From the IMG/VR virus record IMGVR_UViG_3300032213_002584, positions 1 through 38,789 of that record: DNA of 38,789 bases; one strand, written 5' to 3'. This document shows positions 27,318 through 35,977 of the stretch, piece by piece. The translations under genes and the position numbers were made by a program. This DNA is from a virus. Lineage: Duplodnaviria; Caudoviricetes. The notes under the pieces are model-generated. The model did no database searches. It was given only the letters and a program-made list of their open reading frames with translations, and was not told the origin of the DNA. Position 1 is the stretch's first letter; the number at the start of each line of letters is the position of its first letter.

Positions 27318-27339
27318 ATACCTTAATCCTTAAATAGAA

Positions 27340-27345
27340 TTACAC
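27340..27345 (-). promoter_or_regulatory. GTGTAA putative late-promoter motif
   Basis: 22 nt upstream of ATG 27317, leader carries tandem TAAGG. Confidence 0.7.
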
Positions 27346-27347
27346 TA

Positions 27348-29255
27348 TTACGCTTTACTATGATATAATAGTGCAGCCAGATAATTAGTAACTTGATGTT
27401 CGGCAGCAATTTCTTGAATATTATTCACTTGATCTTGGTTTTGATCAAATGGTTTTTCTATATAATTTTCAATTTTAGATTCCCAATTTTCTGGTGATTC
27501 ATTAGCAATAATTACTTCCAAGAGTTTATCAACGTTTTCAATATGAGCATTACTCAATTTCTTAACATTAAGTTTCTTTCTGAAAGTAGATTTAATTTCT
27601 TCTTCTAATTTTTGAGCGGAAGCAATATTCTCTTTAATTTTAACTAAAGAATAATTTGCATTTGTGCCGATTGGTTTAACATTCTTTGTTGATTGTGGTA
27701 TGCCAGTTGATCCGCTTGGTCTTCCACCAGAAGAAGGTTGAGATCCACCAATTAATGGTTGATAGAAACCTTGATCCCTTTGTTCTCTATATTGTGATTG
27801 AGATTCTATTGATTCCTCTGGAGTTGGAAGTCTTCCAGTTTCAATAGCTTTAATACCTTCAGAAGGAGTAAGAATTCCAAGTTCCATAAGTCTATTATAG
27901 ACTCTAGAATATTGAACATCATCTTTAAGATCAATATCTTCAAAATTAGGTTGTGGAAAGTTTTTAAATCCTAAATCCTTACTGATTCTTCTGATTTCTG
28001 GAACTAAGAATTCATTTATAAAGATTGTTCTAGCTTGTTTTAATCTTTCGATGAAAACTTGAACTTTAATACTTGTATTAGCAAATTTTTCACTACCAAT
28101 AAGAATATTATTTAAACCAATTTGAATATCTCTATCAACGACTTCATATTTTTCTGGTCCAATTAAGCTTCCAATATTTGGTATAACAAACTCTGCTTTT
28201 GTTGTATAGTCTGCGATTAGTACTCTGCCAACACTTTGATTTTCAAACAAAGATTGCATGGCTTGTAAATTCTTTTGATTGATTCCACCTTTTTCTGGAT
28301 CAGTTCCCATTGTAACTAATAGAATTGCTTGTTGAGTTGTTCTTGTAACAGCCATATCCATTTTCTTCATTTCGAGCTTCCAGTTAATATCATCTAGAAC
28401 TGGAAAACCCATTGGAATAGAAAGTGGCTCGTAATCTTGTTTTTTATAAAATACAGCACACATCTTTTGACTATCTAATGGAATAAGTACGGAACGGTTA
28501 CCTTTATTTTTAATTTGGTCTTTCACTTGAGGTGGAAGGGATTCAAAAACTTCAAAATCTTCTGGAGTTTTAGGATTTCTTAATCTTTCCAATTCGTAAT
28601 CTGTTACTAGTTTGTAATAATATCCAACGCTAAAATTAATTGTTCCACCAAAATATACATCAGCAGGATTAATAATACTATATCTAGCTGGAATTTTAAT
28701 TGACTCACTTTGAGAAAATGAATTTTTTAATTTATTTCCAAATACTTGAGTAATTCTATTTGCGTCTTCTGGTGTTAGCTCAGTATCGAATCTATAAATA
28801 AAAACATTTCCACTTCTATAATATTCTCTGAAGAATTGATCTTGAAAACTAGCTAGATTAATTTTCCTAAAATATGCTTCAAAAAACTCTCTTGATTTTT
28901 GACTTCCACCAGTTAAATAAATCGAACTACTGGAAAATTCAGTCATTAAATCAATAGTGTTTCTAAAAATACCAACATTATAATAAGCTTTTTGACAAAG
29001 AATAACTGCATCTCTTACGTCAAGAGTAGCTAAATTTTGTATTGAAGCACTATATCTAAAAGGAATTAATCCTCGATCAATATTTATAAATCTATCAGTT
29101 CTTTCTATATCTGCTGCAGCATTTCTTCTAACAGGAGAACTAGCCCTAATTTCATTTCTACTTGCTTTGCTTTCTGATCCATAAACCATAAATGGTGGTA
29201 CTTCTTGATTTTCTGAAGCTTTTGATTCTTTGAGTTTTTTAGTATTTTTAGCCAT
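27348..29255 (-). CDS. portal protein (635 aa)
   Basis: Directly downstream of the large terminase; portal-like AYYNVGIFRNTIDLMTEF and FFREYYRSGNVFIY segments. Confidence 0.8.
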   Translation of the reverse strand: MAKNTKKLKESKASENQEVPPFMVYGSESKASRNEIRASSPVRRNAAADIERTDRFINIDRGLIPFRYSASIQNLATLDVRDAVILCQKAYYNVGIFRNTIDLMTEFSSSSIYLTGGSQKSREFFEAYFRKINLASFQDQFFREYYRSGNVFIYRFDTELTPEDANRITQVFGNKLKNSFSQSESIKIPARYSIINPADVYFGGTINFSVGYYYKLVTDYELERLRNPKTPEDFEVFESLPPQVKDQIKNKGNRSVLIPLDSQKMCAVFYKKQDYEPLSIPMGFPVLDDINWKLEMKKMDMAVTRTTQQAILLVTMGTDPEKGGINQKNLQAMQSLFENQSVGRVLIADYTTKAEFVIPNIGSLIGPEKYEVVDRDIQIGLNNILIGSEKFANTSIKVQVFIERLKQARTIFINEFLVPEIRRISKDLGFKNFPQPNFEDIDLKDDVQYSRVYNRLMELGILTPSEGIKAIETGRLPTPEESIESQSQYREQRDQGFYQPLIGGSQPSSGGRPSGSTGIPQSTKNVKPIGTNANYSLVKIKENIASAQKLEEEIKSTFRKKLNVKKLSNAHIENVDKLLEVIIANESPENWESKIENYIEKPFDQNQDQVNNIQEIAAEHQVTNYLAALLYHSKA

Positions 29256-29267
29256 ATTATTTAAATA

Positions 29268-29273
29268 TTACAC
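29268..29273 (-). promoter_or_regulatory. GTGTAA motif, 12 nt before the portal ATG
   Basis: GTGTAATATTTAAATAATATG; abuts the terminase stop codon. Confidence 0.7.
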
Positions 29274-31118
29274 TTATTTTATCATTATCGGTGTGAAAAC
29301 CTCGGATATCTCCTCTTTTGGTTGCATTATTAAATCATTATAGCACTTGAGGCCCCAATTTGCTAACATAAATGCTGAATAATTATCTTTTCTAGCTTTA
29401 TTTGCAGAAGAGCTACGCTTTAAATGTTGTGGTAAATCGAAGGATTGAGTACCTCTGCTGGTAGAAGAGTGTTCTACAAGAGTACATTGTTTTTTGGTTT
29501 GATATATTAAATCATCTTGACTTTCTATAAAATCCAACATTCCCCAATCTTTACGCTCTTCTGTTTTTAATAAGCTAGTGTCAATATTTGAATTAAATTG
29601 AGTATTAAAAAATTCATCATTAGCGCAAGTTCTACTACCAAACCATACTTTTTTATAATCAATACATGCTTGTAAATGTTCATTTGCTTTTCTAATAAAA
29701 GAACTAGTGAATACTTGATTAATTGCTATTCTTCTATCAGATAAGTTATATTTATTTTTACTATTTTTAAGCATATTATCGTAATCTTGACCCTCTAGAT
29801 CAGAGTCAAAATCAAATGTCTTAATATCTAATTTGCTATTTTTAAATAATTCAGATTCATTACAAGCAGATAAAAATACATCCGCTCCTGCATTATCAAG
29901 AATCATAAATACTATATTAAAATTATTTAAAAGATAATAAAGATAGCCTACATGATTTTTTAAATTTCCAAGTCCAGCATAACTATTAACCAAAATACCT
30001 TGTTTAGTTTCATCATCAACCTCAAGTAATGCCATAGCAAAATAATCTGCATTTGGACTATCGCTCATATTAGGATCGATTCCAAGTATATATTTTTTAT
30101 TTGGCTCGCCTTTTAATAATGTATGAGGTTTTTCACCAATTTTAATTGTGCATTCTTCCATCTTTTTGGCATTAAAATAACTATCACTTCCATCAGTAAA
30201 TCTAGCGCAATATTCTCTTAAGAAACTTGAATGACTTGATCCACCAGCTTGAGCTTCTTCAATAATAGTTTTATCAATCATTTCTTCTGGTAGTGCTTCA
30301 TAACTCAATTGACTTACAAAGTACTTTGCTTCGTTTACTTCTTTATCTAATATCTTATCGCTCCATTCATTATAAGTTTTATATAAATTTTCAAATGTAT
30401 AACTGGCAGATGAAAGAGCTATCATTTTACTTGTATTTTCAAAAACCATTCTCTCTGATTCTTTCATTGATCCTTCTGCGATCAACTTATCTTCTAACTC
30501 TCTTATCTCCATGCGCTCTTTAATATTTTGTGGAGCTACTAAGAATGGCATCAATACATTTTTGATAATTTCTTCTGGAAGCAAAAGGAACTCGTCAAGC
30601 ACAAGAATATTAGCTCGGAATCCTCGAATCTTTTCGCCATTAAGAGGAATTGCTACTATACTGCCACCATTAATTTGCCATTCAAATTGATCATTTCTTT
30701 TTGCTTTTGCTCCAAAGCATTGAGCAAGTAATTCTGCGCCTTTGCTATCTACTATTTTTTCAAGATTATTGAAAATAAAACGTGCAGTTCTAAATGTTGG
30801 ACCAGCAATAAGAATTTTTGTATTAGGTTCAAATATACATTGAAGAAAACAAAATACTGCTGCCATAAATGATTTTCCACAACCACGACCGAACACGCAC
30901 ATATTAAAATTTCTATTCATTAAAGCTTTTAAATGCACTTCTTGATATGCAGCTAATTTGACTCCACTTATTAATTCAGTTGTAAATCCAATATTTGCTC
31001 TCAAAAATTTAGCTAAACTTATTCTAGCCTCTTTATCATTGAGATATCCCTTTAGTTGAGCTAATTCAGCATTAACGTCTTTAACTTCTCTAATGTATTT
31101 ATCTGGACAATATATCAT
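29274..31118 (-). CDS. terL: terminase large subunit (614 aa)
   Basis: YQ adenine-binding motif, Walker A GRGCGKS, IRGFRANILVLDE Walker B, LSSA motif III, FLREY, RNase H-like YILGIDP...DYFA and KDNYSA. Confidence 0.93.
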   Translation of the reverse strand: MIYCPDKYIREVKDVNAELAQLKGYLNDKEARISLAKFLRANIGFTTELISGVKLAAYQEVHLKALMNRNFNMCVFGRGCGKSFMAAVFCFLQCIFEPNTKILIAGPTFRTARFIFNNLEKIVDSKGAELLAQCFGAKAKRNDQFEWQINGGSIVAIPLNGEKIRGFRANILVLDEFLLLPEEIIKNVLMPFLVAPQNIKERMEIRELEDKLIAEGSMKESERMVFENTSKMIALSSASYTFENLYKTYNEWSDKILDKEVNEAKYFVSQLSYEALPEEMIDKTIIEEAQAGGSSHSSFLREYCARFTDGSDSYFNAKKMEECTIKIGEKPHTLLKGEPNKKYILGIDPNMSDSPNADYFAMALLEVDDETKQGILVNSYAGLGNLKNHVGYLYYLLNNFNIVFMILDNAGADVFLSACNESELFKNSKLDIKTFDFDSDLEGQDYDNMLKNSKNKYNLSDRRIAINQVFTSSFIRKANEHLQACIDYKKVWFGSRTCANDEFFNTQFNSNIDTSLLKTEERKDWGMLDFIESQDDLIYQTKKQCTLVEHSSTSRGTQSFDLPQHLKRSSSANKARKDNYSAFMLANWGLKCYNDLIMQPKEEISEVFTPIMIK

Positions 31119-32050
31119 AATAGTTTTAAATCATATGCTAATTGAAGATCTACTTTACTATAAAAACATTTACTAGCAAATATAGATTCAATTGTCCTCT
31201 TCATCTCTTCTCTACCATCAACAAATAAGAATTGCAAATTACTATATTCTTGAATCAAGGATCTTACGTTATGAAATATATATTCTGGCGTAGCTTTAAT
31301 CTTTTTACTAATATGAGGAAGATATTGAAAGCTTAATGCATTTGCTAGTTTTTCTTCAACAATAACAATCAAATAAGAATTATTCTTTTGAGCTTTATCT
31401 ATTTCATTTTTGAATCTATCAAAATTCTTGACGCTTAATGTGCTTATAAAGTCACTTAGGCTTTTTCTTTCTATATAACATCCACAATTATCATTACTAC
31501 AAGCATAATCTCCAAAAGATAATGTTTTAATTTCGAATGGAATATCAAATTTAAGCCAACTTTGCTCTCTTGTATCAACGTAAATTGTATCTTTTTTATT
31601 TAATTTATTATTGAATTGATCTGTTATATTAGATGGATGAATAAATTTATTTTCTAAACCAATACTTGAACACACATCATAATAGTCATGAAATATTTTA
31701 TTATAAAATACAATCGATGGGCTCATTATAGTTCTAAGTTCTATCTGTGATGGAGAATATATTAGATTTTTATCTTTCTTTCTTTTGATTAAAAGATTTC
31801 TACAATATTCTTGTGCTTGATCTAATGACTGTTCTTTAAGCCATTTTTTCATATTATTCTTATCATTAAAATCACTATTTAAGTATTGATCTTTAGTTTT
31901 GAAATTAATTGTTTCGCCAGTAAGAAGATCTTTTTTGGGATAATAAGCGTGATAGTATTTCTCTTTATTTAAACCATAGCCTCTTAACGCAAGATGAAGA
32001 CTTTTTTCATCTTTAAATTCTTTCCCATCTACTTTACATATCACACTCAT
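31115..32050 (-). CDS. ERCC4/XPF-family nuclease with N-terminal extension (311 aa)
   Basis: IYVDTREQ, LSFGDY, IERKSLSDF (ERKxxxD), RFKNEI, LIVIVEE. Confidence 0.85.
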   Translation of the reverse strand: MSVICKVDGKEFKDEKSLHLALRGYGLNKEKYYHAYYPKKDLLTGETINFKTKDQYLNSDFNDKNNMKKWLKEQSLDQAQEYCRNLLIKRKKDKNLIYSPSQIELRTIMSPSIVFYNKIFHDYYDVCSSIGLENKFIHPSNITDQFNNKLNKKDTIYVDTREQSWLKFDIPFEIKTLSFGDYACSNDNCGCYIERKSLSDFISTLSVKNFDRFKNEIDKAQKNNSYLIVIVEEKLANALSFQYLPHISKKIKATPEYIFHNVRSLIQEYSNLQFLFVDGREEMKRTIESIFASKCFYSKVDLQLAYDLKLL

Positions 32051-33141
32051 CCATTTAAAATCTCATCCTTTGAGATTCCTAATATTTTACATTTAATTTC
32101 ATCCATAGTAGATAAACGATCAATTTCTTTTTCAATAGTTTTCTTGCGGAGATCTGCCATCTTTAGGAGCTTTGCTCTGCTGTCTTCTTCTTTCCACATT
32201 TGCACAAGATTAATAATTGATGCAGTTTCTTTTACTTGTTTACTTAGTCTATCGCTTCTCTTAACCTTTAAATCATTATTTAACTTTTGTTGTCTATTAA
32301 CACAATCATTGTATTCTTTACGAGCAGTACTACTTGCTTCTACAATTGTCATTGGAATTTTACCATCCTCTTGCATTGATAATTCTATTTGATTTTGAAG
32401 TACATTAATTGTTTGTTGTATGCTAGATGATATAACTACTTCTGTGCAAAGAACTATATATTGATCGACTTCTTCTTGAGTTAAGTCACTCTTATCATAA
32501 GTATATCTAACAAAACTGCTTTCAAAAAGTTCTCTGTCTGGTTCATTATCATAAATATTAATTTGATGTATGAATCTATGAGTATTCATATAGCCAATAA
32601 GAGAATTAATTTCTTTTTTATGTTTATGAGTTAATTTGTTCTTATCTATACCATCTAAAACATATTTATTGACTTTAGCAATCATTCTTTCTTCACTACG
32701 AGGTGGTCTATATCCTTCTGTTGCAGCATTTTCATTTTCTGTATTATTGAATTTAATATTAGTAGGTATATTTTTCATATACTCTAATACTGATCTAGTT
32801 TCCTGACAAAGATTAGTTAAAGTATCATTTTTGAAAAGTAATCTCGCTATCTCAAGGCCAGTCATTGTAATACAATTATTACTAATAAATTCTTTTTGCT
32901 CTATTGTTAATTCTATTAAACCTTTAGCTTGATATTCATGACTCTTCTTTGGCACAATTTGTCTTGAAGCTAAAAATAGTTTAACAGCTTTACCTTCTTT
33001 TGATCTTCCATCTAGATCATCTCTATCAAATGCAATTTTTACAAGCTCTATAAGAGAAGGTGGATTATTTGGTCTACTATTCCATTCTTGTAGTAGCTTT
33101 AATTGCTGCTCTTCAGTCAATATTAAGACTTCTTCTGACAT
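32047..33141 (-). CDS. hypothetical helical protein, candidate terminase small subunit (364 aa)
   Basis: Two HTH-like N-terminal repeats (LTEEQQ...SLIELVKIAF; LTIEQK...TGLEIARLLF) and a C-terminal coiled coil; coupled upstream of nuclease and terL. Confidence 0.45.
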   Translation of the reverse strand: MSEEVLILTEEQQLKLLQEWNSRPNNPPSLIELVKIAFDRDDLDGRSKEGKAVKLFLASRQIVPKKSHEYQAKGLIELTIEQKEFISNNCITMTGLEIARLLFKNDTLTNLCQETRSVLEYMKNIPTNIKFNNTENENAATEGYRPPRSEERMIAKVNKYVLDGIDKNKLTHKHKKEINSLIGYMNTHRFIHQINIYDNEPDRELFESSFVRYTYDKSDLTQEEVDQYIVLCTEVVISSSIQQTINVLQNQIELSMQEDGKIPMTIVEASSTARKEYNDCVNRQQKLNNDLKVKRSDRLSKQVKETASIINLVQMWKEEDSRAKLLKMADLRKKTIEKEIDRLSTMDEIKCKILGISKDEILNG

Positions 33142-33148
33142 ATATTTA

Positions 33149-33832
33149 TTATACGATATCTATCTCGCCATTATATAAATATTTTCTTACTTTTAACATT
33201 ATAGATTTTTTAAGATTTTTAACTTGTTTATATCCAGCTGATCTATTCTTTTCTGAAGTTCTATATCCCATTATTTTCGCTGCTTCTTCTTCTGTTTTGT
33301 GTTGAATATATACTAGGTTGTAGAATTTCCATTCTATTGGTTTTAGTACTTGTATCATTTTGGTATGAATATTTTTTGCTGTTCTTTCGATATTAGTTAA
33401 ATCTTCTTTCATTGAAAATACTTCTTGAGTATGATTCTCTAATGTTACTGGAAGCTTTACATCATAAGCTGATTTTTTACTCTTTTCCCACTTAGCGTAT
33501 AGTGGGCAAGAGTTGCATTGTTTGCCATAAATTGAACATAAATTTTCGCCTTCAAATGCTGAACATTTTAAACATGGACGAGAATAGTTACCATAATTAT
33601 TGCGAATTAAATTTTTAATCTGATTACTGATAATTCTATTAACCCAAGGAGCTAGGGTCTTAGTTTGATTATATAGCTTCCACTTTTTATAAATATGTAT
33701 TCTTAATATTTGAGCAACATCATTAAAATCCATCCAACCTAAACTAGTTAAATGCCATTTACCACGGCGCTTGTAAATCTCGTTATCTATTTCTTGGATC
33801 TTCTCTTCAAAAGAAGCCTTTTTATTAGACAT
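33149..33832 (-). CDS. ECF-like RNA polymerase sigma factor with Cys-rich insertion (227 aa)
   Basis: Region 2: DFNDVAQILRIHIYKKW...LAPWVNRIISNQIKNLIR. Region 4: LKPIEWKFYNLVYIQHKTEEEAAKIMG. Linker CLKC...C...CNSC. Confidence 0.8.
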   Translation of the reverse strand: MSNKKASFEEKIQEIDNEIYKRRGKWHLTSLGWMDFNDVAQILRIHIYKKWKLYNQTKTLAPWVNRIISNQIKNLIRNNYGNYSRPCLKCSAFEGENLCSIYGKQCNSCPLYAKWEKSKKSAYDVKLPVTLENHTQEVFSMKEDLTNIERTAKNIHTKMIQVLKPIEWKFYNLVYIQHKTEEEAAKIMGYRTSEKNRSAGYKQVKNLKKSIMLKVRKYLYNGEIDIV

Positions 33833-34299
33833 TAGCTTCTCTTAGTTTTTCTAATTGAACCAGCTTCTCTTGCGAAATCTTCTAAAACTTGTTTTTTTGA
33901 TGGTCTTTTTCCAGCCTTAACAGCTCTTGATTCTCTTGGAGCGTCTGGTTCAGTTCCAACTATGTCCTTTAATTTTTGACCTCTCTTTGGACGACTTTCT
34001 GCTTCTACTTCGAGATTATCAATTTCTGGAACAGAGTGTACTTCTTGATCTTGATCATAATCATCTTCATCATCAATATAATCTTCTATATCTTCGACCC
34101 GTGCTCTTTGTGGTCTATTAATTTTTGAGCTTGTTATTTTATTAATTTTAGTTGGGAAATTAGCTTTTGGTTCTTCTTTAACCATTTTAACTTCTACTGG
34201 AGTAACCTTTTCGAATGACTTGCCACAAGTAGAGCAAAAAACTGGTTTTTTATCAATATATTCTGTTGGAGACCCACATGAAGTACAATATCTTTTCAT
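33832..34299 (-). CDS. zinc-ribbon protein with acidic disordered tail (155 aa)
   Basis: YCTSCG...FCSTCG; D/E-rich tract; TAATG coupling to the sigma gene. Confidence 0.8.
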   Translation of the reverse strand: MKRYCTSCGSPTEYIDKKPVFCSTCGKSFEKVTPVEVKMVKEEPKANFPTKINKITSSKINRPQRARVEDIEDYIDDEDDYDQDQEVHSVPEIDNLEVEAESRPKRGQKLKDIVGTEPDAPRESRAVKAGKRPSKKQVLEDFAREAGSIRKTKRS

Positions 34300-34307
34300 T
34301 TATATAT

Positions 34308-34336
34308 ATTATATATAAAAAAAGATTTTATTCTAA
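34308..34336 (-). promoter_or_regulatory. sigma70-like promoter for the Zn-ribbon/sigma/packaging operon
   Basis: TTAGAA-17 nt-TATAAT, 8 nt before ATG 34299; no GTGTAA here. AT-rich context lowers specificity. Confidence 0.45.
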
Positions 34337-34346
34337 ATTATTTAAT

Positions 34347-34733
34347 TTAGCTTCTTTGCCAAGCGACATATACTGGGTTTATTCCGCTTACGCTAACAAT
34401 TCCAGTATAATTAAGATCACTAAGACTTCCACCATCTCCAGCATTTACAGTAGAATTTGCAGCCAAAATAAAATTAAAATTATTTGGCGCAGCATTTAAA
34501 CCATAATCAACATATAAAATACCAGTATTTAAATTTTGAATAAATAATTCTTTTCTGAACTTATTTGCAGTTAATACTGTTCCATTAGATGAGCCAGGCG
34601 CAGAACTTGATATATTAGATCCATCATTATCAATATTACTAAAATTTAAACCTCTATAACCACTAAAACCGACTTCCTCAATATAAACCATTGAGACGTT
34701 TTTATTAAATTCTGGATTTTGAATATTTGCCAT
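34347..34733 (-). CDS. small beta-sandwich, probable virion protein (128 aa)
   Basis: ANKFRKELFIQNLNTGILYV...YTGIVSV; shares NLNTGIL with the 180-aa fibre tip. Confidence 0.55.
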   Translation of the reverse strand: MANIQNPEFNKNVSMVYIEEVGFSGYRGLNFSNIDNDGSNISSSAPGSSNGTVLTANKFRKELFIQNLNTGILYVDYGLNAAPNNFNFILAANSTVNAGDGGSLSDLNYTGIVSVSGINPVYVAWQRS

Positions 34734-34741
34734 ATTTATAA

Positions 34742-34747
34742 TTACAC
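34742..34747 (-). promoter_or_regulatory. GTGTAA motif, 8 nt before ATG
   Basis: GTGTAATTATAAATATG. Confidence 0.75.
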
Positions 34748-34753
34748 GAAAAT

Positions 34754-35473
34754 CTATTTAATTTCTTCGAATTTTTCAATAATATAAGCTAAAATATCAT
34801 TTCTCATAATATCTTCGCGACCGAATTTAAATGTGCATATGCCCTTATCTTTACTTTTCTTGTCATCAAAAAGATTGTATATTCTGTCGAATCCGCTATT
34901 TCTGATATCTGATTGACGAATATCTCCAATTAAAATTAGTTTACTAAACTTGCCCATTCTTGTAGTTATTAATAATAGATCATGTATGCTTAAATTTTGA
35001 GCTTCATCGCATATAATATAACTAGCATTAATACTAAGTCCTCTTAAAAATCCTACTGGCAATCCTTTTACTCGTTCTTGCTTCAGAAGCATTTCTACTT
35101 GATTCTTTGGTAATAATTCATGCAGTTTATCCATTAGAGGTTGAAGATAAGGATCTAATTTACTATGAAGATCACCTTTAAGGAATCCTAAGTTATGAGA
35201 AGAGCTTTCTACTGGATTGCGAATATAGAATATCTCGCCAATTTTTTTCTGATTTATGGCATTTAATGCTGCATATACGCTAAGAAGACTCTTTGCTGTT
35301 CCTGCTGGACCTTTACAGAATACCATTTTAGTATTCTTATCTTGAAGAAGTTGAATAAATTTCTTTTGGTTATCTGTCCATTGTAATTCGCGAATAGTTA
35401 AGAAGCCTTCAATTTTATCTCTTTGAGGAACAGGAACCGACTTGTCTTCTTTTTGTTTATGTTTTTTAGACAT
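34754..35473 (-). CDS. phoH: PhoH-family ATPase (239 aa)
   Basis: GPAGTAKS, LGFLKGDL..KLDPYLQPL, FLRGLS, IICDEAQN, TRMG, GDIRQSD. Confidence 0.93.
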   Translation of the reverse strand: MSKKHKQKEDKSVPVPQRDKIEGFLTIRELQWTDNQKKFIQLLQDKNTKMVFCKGPAGTAKSLLSVYAALNAINQKKIGEIFYIRNPVESSSHNLGFLKGDLHSKLDPYLQPLMDKLHELLPKNQVEMLLKQERVKGLPVGFLRGLSINASYIICDEAQNLSIHDLLLITTRMGKFSKLILIGDIRQSDIRNSGFDRIYNLFDDKKSKDKGICTFKFGREDIMRNDILAYIIEKFEEIK

Positions 35474-35490
35474 GCTGCTTACAGAATATA

Positions 35491-35496
35491 TTACAC
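35491..35496 (-). promoter_or_regulatory. GTGTAA motif, 17 nt before the phoH ATG
   Basis: GTGTAATATATTCTGTAAGCAGCATG. Confidence 0.7.
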
Positions 35497-35500
35497 TAAA

Positions 35501-35977
35501 TTATATGTATACAGTCCAAATACTATTAAATTCTTGTTCTGTTAGATTGTAGATTTTTCCATTTTGTGGTTCAATAAAAATTGGTCTAAAGTTATCTGAT
35601 CCATCATCATTTTTGCCATCATCAATATAAATTATATTAATTGCATGGCCGCCGCTCAAATTATTTTCTGCTTTAGCTATTGCCATATAGTTAATAACTC
35701 CTACAGCTATTCCATTTGCAGTACTCTCAATAACTTGTTCATAATATCCACAACTAAAAAGTTTAAAAGCATCTGCAAAATTATCACAATCCCATCTATG
35801 AACCCATCTTGTTAATTTTAATGATTTTAACCATTGCCAATACTTTGGAAATAGCTCATCTCTTACCATATCAAGTGTAGGACAAAAGTAATCCTTATCA
35901 GAAAGAACAAAATTTCTAGGAAGATTTTTATTAGATATTCTCCAAGGATTAATTAATTGTTGAGATGATATAATCAC
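35501..35977 (-). CDS. papain-like cysteine protease/transglutaminase-fold protein (MOA agglutinin C-terminal-like, 158 aa)
   Basis: WDCDNFA (Cys), GGHAINI (His), FIEPQNG (Glu). Confidence 0.7.
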   Translation of the reverse strand: MIISSQQLINPWRISNKNLPRNFVLSDKDYFCPTLDMVRDELFPKYWQWLKSLKLTRWVHRWDCDNFADAFKLFSCGYYEQVIESTANGIAVGVINYMAIAKAENNLSGGHAINIIYIDDGKNDDGSDNFRPIFIEPQNGKIYNLTEQEFNSIWTVYI

